From contig NC_000917.1 of assembly GCF_000008665.1 (NCBI RefSeq), positions 60,001 through 92,000 on the forward strand: a DNA stretch of 32,000 nt, in the 5' to 3' direction. Below the pieces are notes generated by a model, which saw only the letters and a program-made list of their open reading frames with translations, was not told where the DNA came from and made no database searches. This document shows positions 14,322 to 22,895 of the stretch, in pieces (the first letter of the stretch is position 1; the number at the start of each line of letters is the position of its first letter). The position numbers and the translations under genes are program-made. Origin of the DNA: Archaeoglobus fulgidus DSM 4304 (GTDB taxonomy: Archaea > Halobacteriota > Archaeoglobi > Archaeoglobales > Archaeoglobaceae).

Positions 14322-15563
14322 ATGTCTAACATGGAGGAATTTCTTCATCAGGAGTTTTTCGAGTGGGTTGAGAGGGCTGCCAACTACATAAGAAGCTATG
14401 CCGGGGGCGGGGTTACAGTTGTTCACCACAACGATGCTGACGGTCTTTGCTCCGGGGCGCTTTTGAAAAAGCTCTGCGAGTACTGCGGTTTTGAGGCGGA
14501 GCTGATTTGCATTGAGAAGGTCTACCCTGCGGTTGTGGAGAAGATTCACTCTTCAAGGGATGGCATGATCATCTACACTGACTTGGGCGGGTTAGCTGCT
14601 GACATGATTGATAAAATAAACGCCGGAAAGAGCATGGTTCTGATAATCGACCACCATCCTGCGAAGGATATCGACAGTGACTACGTTCACGTTCTCGATC
14701 CGGAGCTTGCGGGGATTTCGGGAGATGTCTTCGTTTCGGCATCGAGTCTCAACTACATATTTTTCAGGGCTGTTGCTGGGGAAGAGGCTAAAAAGTACGC
14801 TTACATAGCCGTTCTCGGGAGTGTTGGGGACTACCATGACAGGAGCGGGGGTGTGCTGGGATTCGACAGATTTGCACTCGAAGAGGCGATTGATGAGGGG
14901 CAGGTGAAGGTGAGGTTTGAGGGAGCGAAGGAGAGGTACTTCATTAAGCAATTCGGAGAGTATGCTGACGTCATCGCCCCGAGGCTAACAACTCTTGGGG
15001 CAGTGGGCTACGAGGAGAGAGCCTACCAGCTTGGAATCAGAGCGTGCTTTGAGGGATTTGATGAGAAAACTCTTGAAAAGGTTGAGCAGCTTGAGAAGCT
15101 TAAAAAAGAGAAGTTTGAGCAGATGATGGAGAGGCTGAGGAACGGTGAATTGAAGATTGGAGAGTACGTGCAGTGGTTCCACGTCGGCGACTTCTTCTAC
15201 CCTATGGGCGTAAAGATGGTCGGAGAGTTCTGCCAGCTCATAAAGGACATGACGTTTCTGAAGGATAACCTCTACCTAATAGGTTTTCAGAACCAGCCGA
15301 AGTCCATTCCAGACCTCGGTGAGATTGGGTGGGATGCCGTAAAGGTGAGCGCAAGAGCTCCTACGCCTCTGGAAAGAATGATTTTGAGAGGCAAAATGCC
15401 CGGCCTCGATTATCTGATACCGAAAGCCAGCGAGGCTGTTGGCGGCTTTGCGGACGCAACCCACAGAATCGCGGCTGCGACGGTCATAGACAGGGGAAAG
15501 GAGGAGGAGTTTATCGAGGCATTTGAAGGGCTGGTGAAGGAGTATGAAGCGTCTCGTGGTTGA
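14322..15563 (+). CDS. DHH/DHHA1-family phosphoesterase (RecJ/NrnA-like)
   Basis: 413-aa ORF with VVHHNDADGLCSG (DHH motifs I/II), LIIDHHPA (the DHH motif) and a C-terminal GGFADATHRIAAA (degenerate DHHA1 GGGH-like). Confidence 0.7.
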   Translation: MSNMEEFLHQEFFEWVERAANYIRSYAGGGVTVVHHNDADGLCSGALLKKLCEYCGFEAELICIEKVYPAVVEKIHSSRDGMIIYTDLGGLAADMIDKINAGKSMVLIIDHHPAKDIDSDYVHVLDPELAGISGDVFVSASSLNYIFFRAVAGEEAKKYAYIAVLGSVGDYHDRSGGVLGFDRFALEEAIDEGQVKVRFEGAKERYFIKQFGEYADVIAPRLTTLGAVGYEERAYQLGIRACFEGFDEKTLEKVEQLEKLKKEKFEQMMERLRNGELKIGEYVQWFHVGDFFYPMGVKMVGEFCQLIKDMTFLKDNLYLIGFQNQPKSIPDLGEIGWDAVKVSARAPTPLERMILRGKMPGLDYLIPKASEAVGGFADATHRIAAATVIDRGKEEEFIEAFEGLVKEYEASRG

Positions 15564-15954
15564 GGACATAGAGAAATGCGTTGGGTGCGGGCTTTGCATG
15601 TTCGCATGCTCGAGAAAGTTTGCAAAGAGGCCGGAAATAGGTAACAGCAGTTCTGCAATCCTTCCTGTCAGCCTGAGCGGTTTTGAGAGGGGCGCGACAA
15701 TCATATTCTGTAGAGCCTGTGAGGAGCCACCGTGTGTGCAGGTTTGCCCAACCGGAGCCCTGAAGCCAAAGAAAGGGGGCGGAGTGATTTACTTGGAGAA
15801 CCTCTGCCTTGGATGCCACTACTGCGTTGAAGCCTGCACACTCAACGCCATCTTTGTGAGGGAAGATGGAAAAATAGCCGTCTGCATCCACTGCGGCTAC
15901 TGCGCCAGCTACTGCCCGCACGAAGTTATAGCCTATAAAGAGGTGGAAGCATGA
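15544..15954 (+). CDS. 4Fe-4S cluster ferredoxin-domain protein (AOR partner)
   Basis: 136-aa ORF with CVGCGLCMFAC, CRACEEPPCVQVCP, CLGCHYCVEAC and CIHCGYCASYCP. It overlaps the downstream AOR start by 4 nt. Confidence 0.85.
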   Translation: MKRLVVEDIEKCVGCGLCMFACSRKFAKRPEIGNSSSAILPVSLSGFERGATIIFCRACEEPPCVQVCPTGALKPKKGGGVIYLENLCLGCHYCVEACTLNAIFVREDGKIAVCIHCGYCASYCPHEVIAYKEVEA

Positions 15955-17687
15955 GGGATGTTGTTCTCGTTATAGACCTCAACAACTACACCTACGAAGT
16001 AGAGCATCGCCCTGAGCTTTTCGAGAAATGGCTTGGTGGAACGGGTGTGGCGGTTCAGCTTATGAGAGAGCACATGGATCCGAAAGCAGACCCGCTCTCT
16101 CCCGAAAACGTCATAGTCTTCGCCACCGGACCCCTAACCCCGGCCTACCCACTCGCATCTAAAACAGTTGCGATGTTCAAAAGCCCCCTCACCGGCAATC
16201 TGGGCGAGAGCCACGCCGGAGGGAGAACTGCTGTATCGATAGCTGCTGCAGGTTACGGTGCAATCGTGATAAAGGGAGCAAGCAAAAAGCCCGTATATCT
16301 GGTAGTTGAGCCTGGAAAGGTTCACTTCAGGGATGGTAGAGTCCTCTGGGGCATTCCTGACTCGCTTATTGTTGGAAGGATACTGGCAGAAAATGAGTCG
16401 GGCAGGGGAACGAGGACGATGATGAGGATTGGCGGTGCTGGAGAGAGGCTTGTCAGATACTCCTGCGTCACAACTGAGACGTACAGACACTTCGGAAGGC
16501 TCGGACTCGGAGCGGTTTTTGGTAGCAAGAAGCTCAAAGCTCTGATTGTCAGAGGGAGAAAGAAGTACCTGCCGGCTGACGGCAAAAAATACAGGGAAGT
16601 TTACGACGAAATATACAGGATGGCGATTGAGTCGGACGCGATGAAAAAGTATCATCTTCTCGGCACCGCAGCCAACGTAATACCCCTGAACGAGCTAAAC
16701 GCCCTTCCAACAAAGAACCTCAAAGCTGCGAGGTTTGAGAAGGCTGAGGAAATAAGCGGAGAGGCTCTGGCGGAGCACAACCTCGGAAGGAGGATAGCCT
16801 GCAGCCATTGCCCGGTTGCGTGTATTCATCTTGCCGCATTGAGGCTGCCCTACGAGAACGAGCCTTACTTCTTCCGGACCATAATGATTTCCTACGACTA
16901 CGAGCTAATTTACTCCCTCGGCTCCATGCTCGGAATTGGGAGGAGAGACGATTTGCTGAGGCTCATACACAGGGTTGAAACCTATGGCCTGGATGCTATG
17001 AGCACAGGAGTGTGCTTGGCGTGGGCGACCGAAGCGCTGGAGAGGGGAATTATCACCGAGAGAGAGACGCTCGTAAAGCTGAATTTCGGAGATGTTGAAA
17101 GCTACCTGAAAGCGATCGACTACATTTACGAGCAGCCGACGGAGTTCTACAAACACCTCGCTATGGGCGTTCAGCACGCCTCGGAGATTTACGGAGGGAG
17201 GGAATTCGCCCTAGCCTTTGGCGGCAATGAGATGCCGGGCTACCACACAGGCTATGCAGCGGTGCTCGGCTACCTGACGGGGATGAGACACTCCCATCTC
17301 GACTCTGCAGGCTACAGCCTTGATCAAAAGGTAAAGGACCTATCGCCAGAAGAGGTTATCAACAGGCTGATCGAGGAGGAGAGTTGGAGGCAGGTTTTAT
17401 CTAGCTTAGTTGTGTGCTTCTTCGCGAGGGGAATCTACACACCCGAAGTAATTTCCAGAGCTTTTGAACCGCTTGGCTATTCAATCTCACCTGATGAGCT
17501 CAAGAACCTTGGCACCGAAATTTACAGGGAAAAGGCGAGGCTGAAGGTCGCCATGGGCTTCAATCCCAAGAAGCTTTCCGTCCCTAAGAGGATATTTGAG
17601 ACTCCCTCACTTCACGGAAAGCTGAGCGAGGAGTTTATGGCGAGAGCCCTTGACTACTACCGAAAAAGGCTTGAAGAAATGCTCTAA
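15951..17687 (+). CDS. aor: Tungsten-type aldehyde:ferredoxin oxidoreductase family protein
   Basis: 578-aa ORF. It has the N-terminal AOR domain pattern (LGG.G.A......TGPLT......K......SPLTG...ES..GG) and the cluster-ligand region RRIACSHCPVAC. Confidence 0.85.
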   Translation: MRDVVLVIDLNNYTYEVEHRPELFEKWLGGTGVAVQLMREHMDPKADPLSPENVIVFATGPLTPAYPLASKTVAMFKSPLTGNLGESHAGGRTAVSIAAAGYGAIVIKGASKKPVYLVVEPGKVHFRDGRVLWGIPDSLIVGRILAENESGRGTRTMMRIGGAGERLVRYSCVTTETYRHFGRLGLGAVFGSKKLKALIVRGRKKYLPADGKKYREVYDEIYRMAIESDAMKKYHLLGTAANVIPLNELNALPTKNLKAARFEKAEEISGEALAEHNLGRRIACSHCPVACIHLAALRLPYENEPYFFRTIMISYDYELIYSLGSMLGIGRRDDLLRLIHRVETYGLDAMSTGVCLAWATEALERGIITERETLVKLNFGDVESYLKAIDYIYEQPTEFYKHLAMGVQHASEIYGGREFALAFGGNEMPGYHTGYAAVLGYLTGMRHSHLDSAGYSLDQKVKDLSPEEVINRLIEEESWRQVLSSLVVCFFARGIYTPEVISRAFEPLGYSISPDELKNLGTEIYREKARLKVAMGFNPKKLSVPKRIFETPSLHGKLSEEFMARALDYYRKRLEEML

Positions 17688-18448
17688 ATTTCCACACATT
17701 TTTCAGCGATGTTGCCGAAGTAGCCTACCTCCATTTCGCAGACCCTGTTTACGCAGTACCTGTAGTCAACATCCTCATCGCCTATCCTCACCCAGGCGTG
17801 CTTGGAATCTCCACTTTCCCCTTCCCTCTGTCCCACGCAGAACCTGACGTCGTAGCCCTTCACCTTCATAACAGCCGCCATTGCTGCAGCCACATCGTCG
17901 CAGTCGCCAACCCTGTGAATAAGGAACCACTCTGGATTGACTATTGCATCCTTTTCCTTGAGCATTGCCTCATCCTCGACGTAGTCGAAGGAGAACCTTT
18001 TTCCATTCAGGTAAACCGCATCTGAGACAACAATCATCTCGGCAAATTTTGAGATTATCGGAGAGTTCAGGGAGTCCTCAATAGCTCGCTTTGCCTTATC
18101 CAACCTTTCAACAATGGAGCCTTCCAGCCTGACGGTCCACCGTTCGGGATTCGTGGATATCAGGTCTTTAAGCTCCTCCACGTCTCTCTCTACATCTCTA
18201 CGTTCCTCAGCAGCTTTTTCCAGCATTTTTGTGCAGTTTTGGAGTCTCTCAGCGAGACTTTTCTGCTGCTCAACGTACTTTCCCCTCTCCTCCAGCAGGC
18301 TCAGGTACTCGATTCTGAGCAGACTGTACTTGGTTTCAGCCTGAACGCATTTATCGTAAAGGTATATCGAGGCCGTTGACGCAACCACTGCAATGATCAG
18401 GGCAATAACCAAGCTCTTTTGCATGCAATTAGTACCACCGACACTCAA
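17684..18448 (-). CDS. Membrane-anchored coiled-coil protein with a C-terminal transglutaminase-like cysteine protease core
   Basis: 254-aa ORF with an N-terminal TM (SLVIALIIAVVASTASIYL) and a long heptad-like acidic region. A Cys-His-Asp arrangement follows: HRVGDCDDVAAAMAAV...SKHAWVRIGDEDVD. Confidence 0.6.
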   Translation of the reverse strand: MSVGGTNCMQKSLVIALIIAVVASTASIYLYDKCVQAETKYSLLRIEYLSLLEERGKYVEQQKSLAERLQNCTKMLEKAAEERRDVERDVEELKDLISTNPERWTVRLEGSIVERLDKAKRAIEDSLNSPIISKFAEMIVVSDAVYLNGKRFSFDYVEDEAMLKEKDAIVNPEWFLIHRVGDCDDVAAAMAAVMKVKGYDVRFCVGQREGESGDSKHAWVRIGDEDVDYRYCVNRVCEMEVGYFGNIAEKCVEI

Positions 18449-18493
18449 AAAGGTTACCGTAAAAAATTTTAAGGTATAAGTTAATTAATTATT

Positions 18494-19789
18494 ATGAAAG
18501 TAAGAACCGTTTACTGGAAGCTGGACGGGGAGTGGAGCACGCTTGAGAAGTTCGCTGAAATTAGTTCTGCATACTTCAAAACCGGCAGCACCGCTTACTG
18601 GAAGTTGCTAATATCCACGCAGGAAGTTCAGGTTAAGAGGGGTAGACCGGTTATAATAAAGGTGAGAAAGGTAGAACTGCCAGCAAAAACGGCAGTCTCT
18701 CCCCTCTCGATTCAGAGGCACGCTTTGGGAACGGTTGTTGACGTTTACGGGGAAAGGCTTTACAGAGTTGAGGAGCAGAAGAATATAACCCACGTGGTTT
18801 TCCTTCCTGTTGAGGATGGTACGGTTGAAATAGATGACCTCCTTGGCGTGGTTAAGGTTTACCCGATGAATGTGGCGCCAGCGGAGAATGTAGGAGCCAT
18901 CACAGCCCCGGAGGTTGCGATGTCACTCAAAGAGCAGGAGGCAAATCTTGTTTACGTCAAAGATGATGAGGTTGTGAGAGAAAAAAGGATTCTGAAGGAG
19001 TACTGGTACCGCAGGTGGCACATTGGGGAGTGGTACCCCCTGATAGCCAGAGAAGAGGCTGAGGTAACGAAGGGCGAGGCTGTCAAGGTAAGGATTGAGA
19101 ACCTTGAGCTGCCGGAAAACACCATTCCGGTTCCCATGTCCATTATGACCCACGCCCTCGGAACGGTTATTGACATTGCCCACATGGGGAGGCCGAGGGC
19201 TGTAGAGGAGAGAAAGCTGATAACCCATGCAGTATTCCTTCCAGCCTTGGATGGCAGGGTTGAAAAAGGGGATTTGCTTGGTGTTCTGAACGTGTACTAC
19301 ATCTCATCCGGAGAAAGGGCTGCCAGAATCTTTCAGCATCTGACGGGTAAGGTTGAGGCCAACCACGTTTACTGGAAGGATGGAAGGATAAGAAGAAGGA
19401 GTATAGTCGTTACGCCTTTCAGCTTCAGGAGGAGCAGCATAGGAAGGTTTGAGCCAGTGATAGCTGAGGAAAGCGTTGAGCTTGCAGAAGGGGAGGTGGG
19501 AGTGGTTAAAATCAGGGACCTTGAGTTCCCGTCGGGAACGATAACCCAACCCCTGACCTCCTTCAACCATGCATTCGGCAGCATCGTTGACCTCTGCGCC
19601 TTCTCGCCGCCAAAAATGGTTGAGGAGGACAGAGTTGTTACGCATGCGGTTGTGCTATCCCCCAAGGGAGGAAGAATAGAAAAGGGAGACTTGCTTGGGG
19701 CGGTGGCTGTTTACAACATCTCTGTGCTGAGAGAGCCGGAGTTTCTCATTTCGAAGTACAGGGAGCTAATGATAAGGGCGGAGCAATGA
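18494..19789 (+). CDS. Protein built from three tandem ~120-aa repeats (function unknown)
   Basis: 431-aa ORF. Residues about 6-125, 152-271 and 291-410 align with each other. The shared core is ELP..T..P.S...HA.G[TS][IV][VI]D....P...E.....TH.V.L.....G.[VI]E.[GD]DLLG...VY. Confidence 0.75.
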   Translation: MKVRTVYWKLDGEWSTLEKFAEISSAYFKTGSTAYWKLLISTQEVQVKRGRPVIIKVRKVELPAKTAVSPLSIQRHALGTVVDVYGERLYRVEEQKNITHVVFLPVEDGTVEIDDLLGVVKVYPMNVAPAENVGAITAPEVAMSLKEQEANLVYVKDDEVVREKRILKEYWYRRWHIGEWYPLIAREEAEVTKGEAVKVRIENLELPENTIPVPMSIMTHALGTVIDIAHMGRPRAVEERKLITHAVFLPALDGRVEKGDLLGVLNVYYISSGERAARIFQHLTGKVEANHVYWKDGRIRRRSIVVTPFSFRRSSIGRFEPVIAEESVELAEGEVGVVKIRDLEFPSGTITQPLTSFNHAFGSIVDLCAFSPPKMVEEDRVVTHAVVLSPKGGRIEKGDLLGAVAVYNISVLREPEFLISKYRELMIRAEQ

Positions 19790-19816
19790 ACTTAATTACT
19801 CAGCAAAATTTTTTCC

Positions 19817-20944
19817 ATGGACTGGATCGAGAGGGAGAAAAAGCACATTCTGCAAACATATACAAGGCAGAAGGTGGTCATTGAAAGAGGAGAGGGTTGT
19901 TACGTTTACGACGTCAACGGAAAAAGGTATTTGGACCTGGTTGCAGGAATAGCGACGGTGAGCATAGGCCACTGTAACAGCCACCTCGTTGAGAGGCTGA
20001 AAGAGCAGCTCGAAAAGCTAATCCACATTTCGAACCTTTACTACACCACCCCTCAGGTAGAGCTAGCAGAGAAATTGAGCGAAATTGCAGGAATGGACAG
20101 GTTCTTCTTCTGCAACAGCGGAGCGGAGGCTGTTGAGGCTGCCCTGAAGTTCGCAAGGAGGGCCACTGGAAGAAAGAAGTTCGTTTCCTTTACCGGTGAC
20201 TTTCACGGCAGAACGATGGGGGCTCTGTCTGTCACGCACAAGGAGAAGTTCAGGAAACCGTTTGAGCCTCTGGTAAGCCCCGTTGAGTTCGCCGAGTTCA
20301 ACAATCCAGAGAGTCTGGAGAAGGTGGTGGATGAAGAAACCGCTGCCGTCATTGTAGAGCTCGTGCAGGGCGAGGCTGGAGTTTATCCGGCTGATAGGGA
20401 GTTTGTGAAAGCGATTGAGGAGCTTAGGGAAAAATACGGATTTCTGCTCATAGTTGACGAGGTCCAGACGGGCTTCGGAAGGACTGGCAGGTGGTTTGCC
20501 AAGGACCACTACGGCATTGAGCCGGACATGATAACGATGGCAAAGGCAATGGGCTCAGGAGTGCCGATAGGGTGCTGCGCATTGAAGGAGGAGGTTGCTG
20601 AGAAGATACAGGTAGGAGACCACGGTTCAACCTTCGGCGGAAACCCTCTGGCCTGCACTGCAGCACTGGCGACGATTGAAGTCATCGAGAGAGAGGGGCT
20701 GGTGGAGAACTCAGCCAGGATGGGCGAGTATTTCGTTAAGAGGCTGAAGGAGAGCTTTGAGAACGTCATCGGAGTGGGACTCATGATTGGGTTTGACGTA
20801 GGAGATGCGGCTGAATTCGTCAGGAAGTGCCTTGAAAATGGATTGCTGGTCAACAACACCTCCGAAAGGAGGATTCGCTTGGTGCCGCCTCTCGTAATTA
20901 CGGAAAGAGAGGTTGATAAAGCTGTTGAAATAATGCTGAATTAA
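19817..20944 (+). CDS. argD: Acetylornithine (or LysW-type) aminotransferase, class III PLP enzyme
   Basis: 375-aa ORF with GIATVSIGHCN, FFCNSGAEAVEAALKFAR, LIVDEVQTGFGRTG and TMAKAMGSGVPIG (PLP lysine). A T7 tract at 20947-20953 follows the stop. Confidence 0.85.
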   Translation: MDWIEREKKHILQTYTRQKVVIERGEGCYVYDVNGKRYLDLVAGIATVSIGHCNSHLVERLKEQLEKLIHISNLYYTTPQVELAEKLSEIAGMDRFFFCNSGAEAVEAALKFARRATGRKKFVSFTGDFHGRTMGALSVTHKEKFRKPFEPLVSPVEFAEFNNPESLEKVVDEETAAVIVELVQGEAGVYPADREFVKAIEELREKYGFLLIVDEVQTGFGRTGRWFAKDHYGIEPDMITMAKAMGSGVPIGCCALKEEVAEKIQVGDHGSTFGGNPLACTAALATIEVIEREGLVENSARMGEYFVKRLKESFENVIGVGLMIGFDVGDAAEFVRKCLENGLLVNNTSERRIRLVPPLVITEREVDKAVEIMLN

Positions 20945-20946
20945 TC

Positions 20947-20953
20947 TTTTTTT
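20947..20953 (+). terminator. Oligo-T tract after argD
   Basis: TTTTTTT lies immediately downstream of the argD stop. Archaeal terminators are typically oligo-T. Confidence 0.4.
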
Positions 20954-21022
20954 ACAGGGATTGGGCAGAGGCAGACCGGAAGCAGATGAACCTAATCTCT
21001 TCCAAAAGCTAATAACAAAAAA

Positions 21023-21143
21023 GCCGACGGTTCCCGCAGTTCCCGTGCCCTCTCGGAACACAGTACTGTGCGGGACGGAACGGGGCTTAACTTCCGGGTT
21101 CGGAATGAGTCCGGGTGTTTCCCCCGTCCTATGACCGTCGGCA
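21023..21143 (-). rRNA. 5S ribosomal RNA (stand-alone copy)
   Basis: The reverse complement is TGCCGACGGTCATAGGACGGGGGAAACACCCGGACTCATTCCGAACCCGGAAGTTAAGCCCCGTTCCGTCCCGCACAGTACTGTGTTCCGAGAGGGCACGGGAACTGCGGGAACCGTCGGC (121 nt). It has the 5S hallmark CCGAAC...GAAGTTAAGC and terminal helix GCCGACGG/CCGTCGGC. T6 follows it (21017-21022), and a TATA-like TTAAATAA lies 20-27 nt upstream (21163-21170). Confidence 0.9.
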
Positions 21144-21166
21144 TAACTGGCTTGGCTCCGAGTTAT

Positions 21167-21637
21167 TTAAGGATTTTGGTCGCCGAGAATCCGCTCTTCT
21201 ATGCTAATTTTTCTGGAAAATTTCTCCCTAACCTCGGGCTTCATTAGGTACCATATGATTAGCAGGTTGATGGCGATTTCAACAGCTGCCAGAGGTTGGA
21301 TGAAGAAGAGGAAAATGCTGTAAACAAAATTGACCCCCGCTATCAGAATGGTGAGTATTCTGCCCCACTCTTTGAGTGTGAGCAGGCCAAACCCTGCCAG
21401 CAGGTAAACTATCCCGAAAGTTACCGCCATGTACGAAGCCATTTCGTAAACGGTTTTCAGATCCTCCTCGCTGACGGGCATATTGCCCAGAGACTGGTTG
21501 AGCAGCTTTCCGTACTCTTCGACAAAAACTGGGTATGACTCCTCTTTTGTTGAAAGGAGAATTGTGCCGGTAACAACGGCGAGGGAGCCGATTGCAAGAA
21601 GGACGATTGCGAGTATCGTGACGCCGAGAGGACGCAT
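21167..21637 (-). CDS. Small integral membrane protein (about four TM segments)
   Basis: The listed ORF 21167-21754 runs into tRNA-Gln, so I trimmed it to M40 (MRPLGVTILAIVLLAIGSLAVV...). An A/T-rich TATA-like element lies about 25 nt upstream. The remainder is hydrophobic. Confidence 0.6.
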   Translation of the reverse strand: MRPLGVTILAIVLLAIGSLAVVTGTILLSTKEESYPVFVEEYGKLLNQSLGNMPVSEEDLKTVYEMASYMAVTFGIVYLLAGFGLLTLKEWGRILTILIAGVNFVYSIFLFFIQPLAAVEIAINLLIIWYLMKPEVREKFSRKISIEERILGDQNP

Positions 21638-21732
21638 GTAGGCTTTAAATTGTGGAAATATATATCGTTTGCCATTTCCTGGAGTTCCTGAAACCAAAAT
21701 TTTGATAAACCCTTGGGTACCATTCGAATCGA

Positions 21733-21805
21733 AGCCCCGTGGGGTAGCGGTCAATCCTGCCGGACTCTGGATCCGGCGACGCCGGTTCGAATCCGGCCGG
21801 GGCTA
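21733..21805 (+). tRNA. tRNA-Gln (anticodon CUG)
   Basis: AGCCCCG-TG-GGGT-AGCGGTCAA-TCCT-G-CCGGA-CTCTGGA-TCCGG-CGAC-GCCGG-TTCGAAT-CCGGC-CGGGGCT-A. The acceptor, anticodon and T stems pair perfectly, and the loop C-T-CTG-G-A gives anticodon CTG. Confidence 0.9.
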
Positions 21806-21843
21806 TCTGTTTTGTTTTCAATAAGCAGGACATTGAGGAGATT

Positions 21844-22701
21844 TTGACAAAAATGGCCATTAAGGGCGTTTCTGGTGGCCATTTGAGGGACACATCAAAG
21901 AGATTATATGACTTTGCGGAGTGGTGTTCATACCGATTTAATCTTAGTGACATAAAAATTTATATAAACGAATTAAAAAGAGAGTATTCGCCCGAATATG
22001 TGCGTAAAGCCGTGCTGGACATCCGCAGACTGCTTAAACACCTGAATTACCCTCTTGCAGATGAGATCCAGCTTCCGAAAACACCCAAGCGGAGAAAGCT
22101 CGTAGTGAAAGTTAAAGATATCAAAAAATTACTATCTGAAGTTCAGGATCTCCCAGTAAGGTCGATGGTGCTGAGAACACGAGCTGCGGTTTTGCTCGCA
22201 GCCACTTCGGGCATCAGAGCTGAGGAACTCTACAGACTAAAAGCTGAGAACATCGATTTGGAAAACAGAACAATACGCATCCCAGCTGAGATCACAAAAG
22301 ACTATGAGGAGAGAGTGACTTTTATCTCAATCGAAGCTCAGGAAGCTCTCAAGGCGTTTTTCGAGAGCTACAAGCCTAAATCGGTTTATCCGTTTACAGA
22401 ATCGACGCTGCGGAAGTCATTTGGTAAAGTGAACTCACCGCTCAGAATGAAGCACATGCGCAAATTCTTCTCTCAACAGAGCGACAGACTGGGCATGCCC
22501 ACAGCGGTAAAGAAGATTCTAATGGGTCACGTTATCGGCGATGAAGACTTTGTCATTGTCCGAGGAGGAGATGTTGACCTTAGACACTACGATTTTCAGG
22601 ACGAGGAGGAGCAGCTTGTTGGCCTCCTCCTCAAGCCCAAGTTTGATAATTCGATTTATCGCCATTTAATGCGATTGATTCGAATGACTTTAAAAGAGTG
22701 A
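21844..22701 (+). CDS. Tyrosine recombinase / phage-type integrase
   Basis: 285-aa ORF with ATSGIRAEELYRLKAENIDLENRTIRIP (box I Arg), KHMRKFF, LMGH and DLRHY (candidate catalytic Tyr). It lies immediately 3-prime of a tRNA gene. Confidence 0.8.
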   Translation: MTKMAIKGVSGGHLRDTSKRLYDFAEWCSYRFNLSDIKIYINELKREYSPEYVRKAVLDIRRLLKHLNYPLADEIQLPKTPKRRKLVVKVKDIKKLLSEVQDLPVRSMVLRTRAAVLLAATSGIRAEELYRLKAENIDLENRTIRIPAEITKDYEERVTFISIEAQEALKAFFESYKPKSVYPFTESTLRKSFGKVNSPLRMKHMRKFFSQQSDRLGMPTAVKKILMGHVIGDEDFVIVRGGDVDLRHYDFQDEEEQLVGLLLKPKFDNSIYRHLMRLIRMTLKE

Positions 22702-22709
22702 GTTGGGGG

Positions 22710-22895
22710 TTAATCCTCTGCAGTTTTCAGCACCCTCCAAGCTCTAACAACTTCCGCCTTAGCTGGCCTTCCCTCCACGAAGATCTCAATTGCTCTGTGC
22801 TTTCCAGTCTGGTGGATCAACCTGGGCTTGCTGATCCTCCTGCCAACGCAGCGAATCTTCTCTCCCTCAATCCTCTGGCTCGACATAGCCCTCAC
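22710..22895 (-). CDS. Hypothetical small basic protein
   Basis: 61-aa ORF overlapping the 3-prime end of the RHH gene by 29 nt on the same strand. I recognise no motif. Confidence 0.3.
   Translation of the reverse strand: MRAMSSQRIEGEKIRCVGRRISKPRLIHQTGKHRAIEIFVEGRPAKAEVVRAWRVLKTAED

Noticed and set aside
15276-15921. Minus-strand ORFs 15276-15704, 15410-15658 and 15511-15921 (82-142 aa).
   Set aside because: They are antisense to the DHH phosphoesterase and ferredoxin genes, which have clear motifs. Long antisense ORFs are expected in G+C-rich coding DNA.
16134-17177. Minus-strand ORFs 16134-16655 (173 aa), 16322-16585 and 16905-17177 inside the AOR gene.
   Set aside because: They are antisense shadows of a well-supported 578-aa AOR-family CDS, and their products contain no motifs.
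21645-21953. A 102-aa minus-strand ORF, plus the N-terminal 39 codons of ORF 21167-21754.
   Set aside because: Both run through the tRNA-Gln gene. The membrane protein has a good internal start (ATG at 21635-21637) with an upstream TATA-like element, so I trimmed it and discarded the 102-aa ORF.
22679-22685. TTCGAAT near the integrase 3-prime end, considered as a possible attR copy of the tRNA-Gln T-loop region.
   Set aside because: Only 7 nt match and the flanks diverge immediately. That is too short to distinguish from chance.
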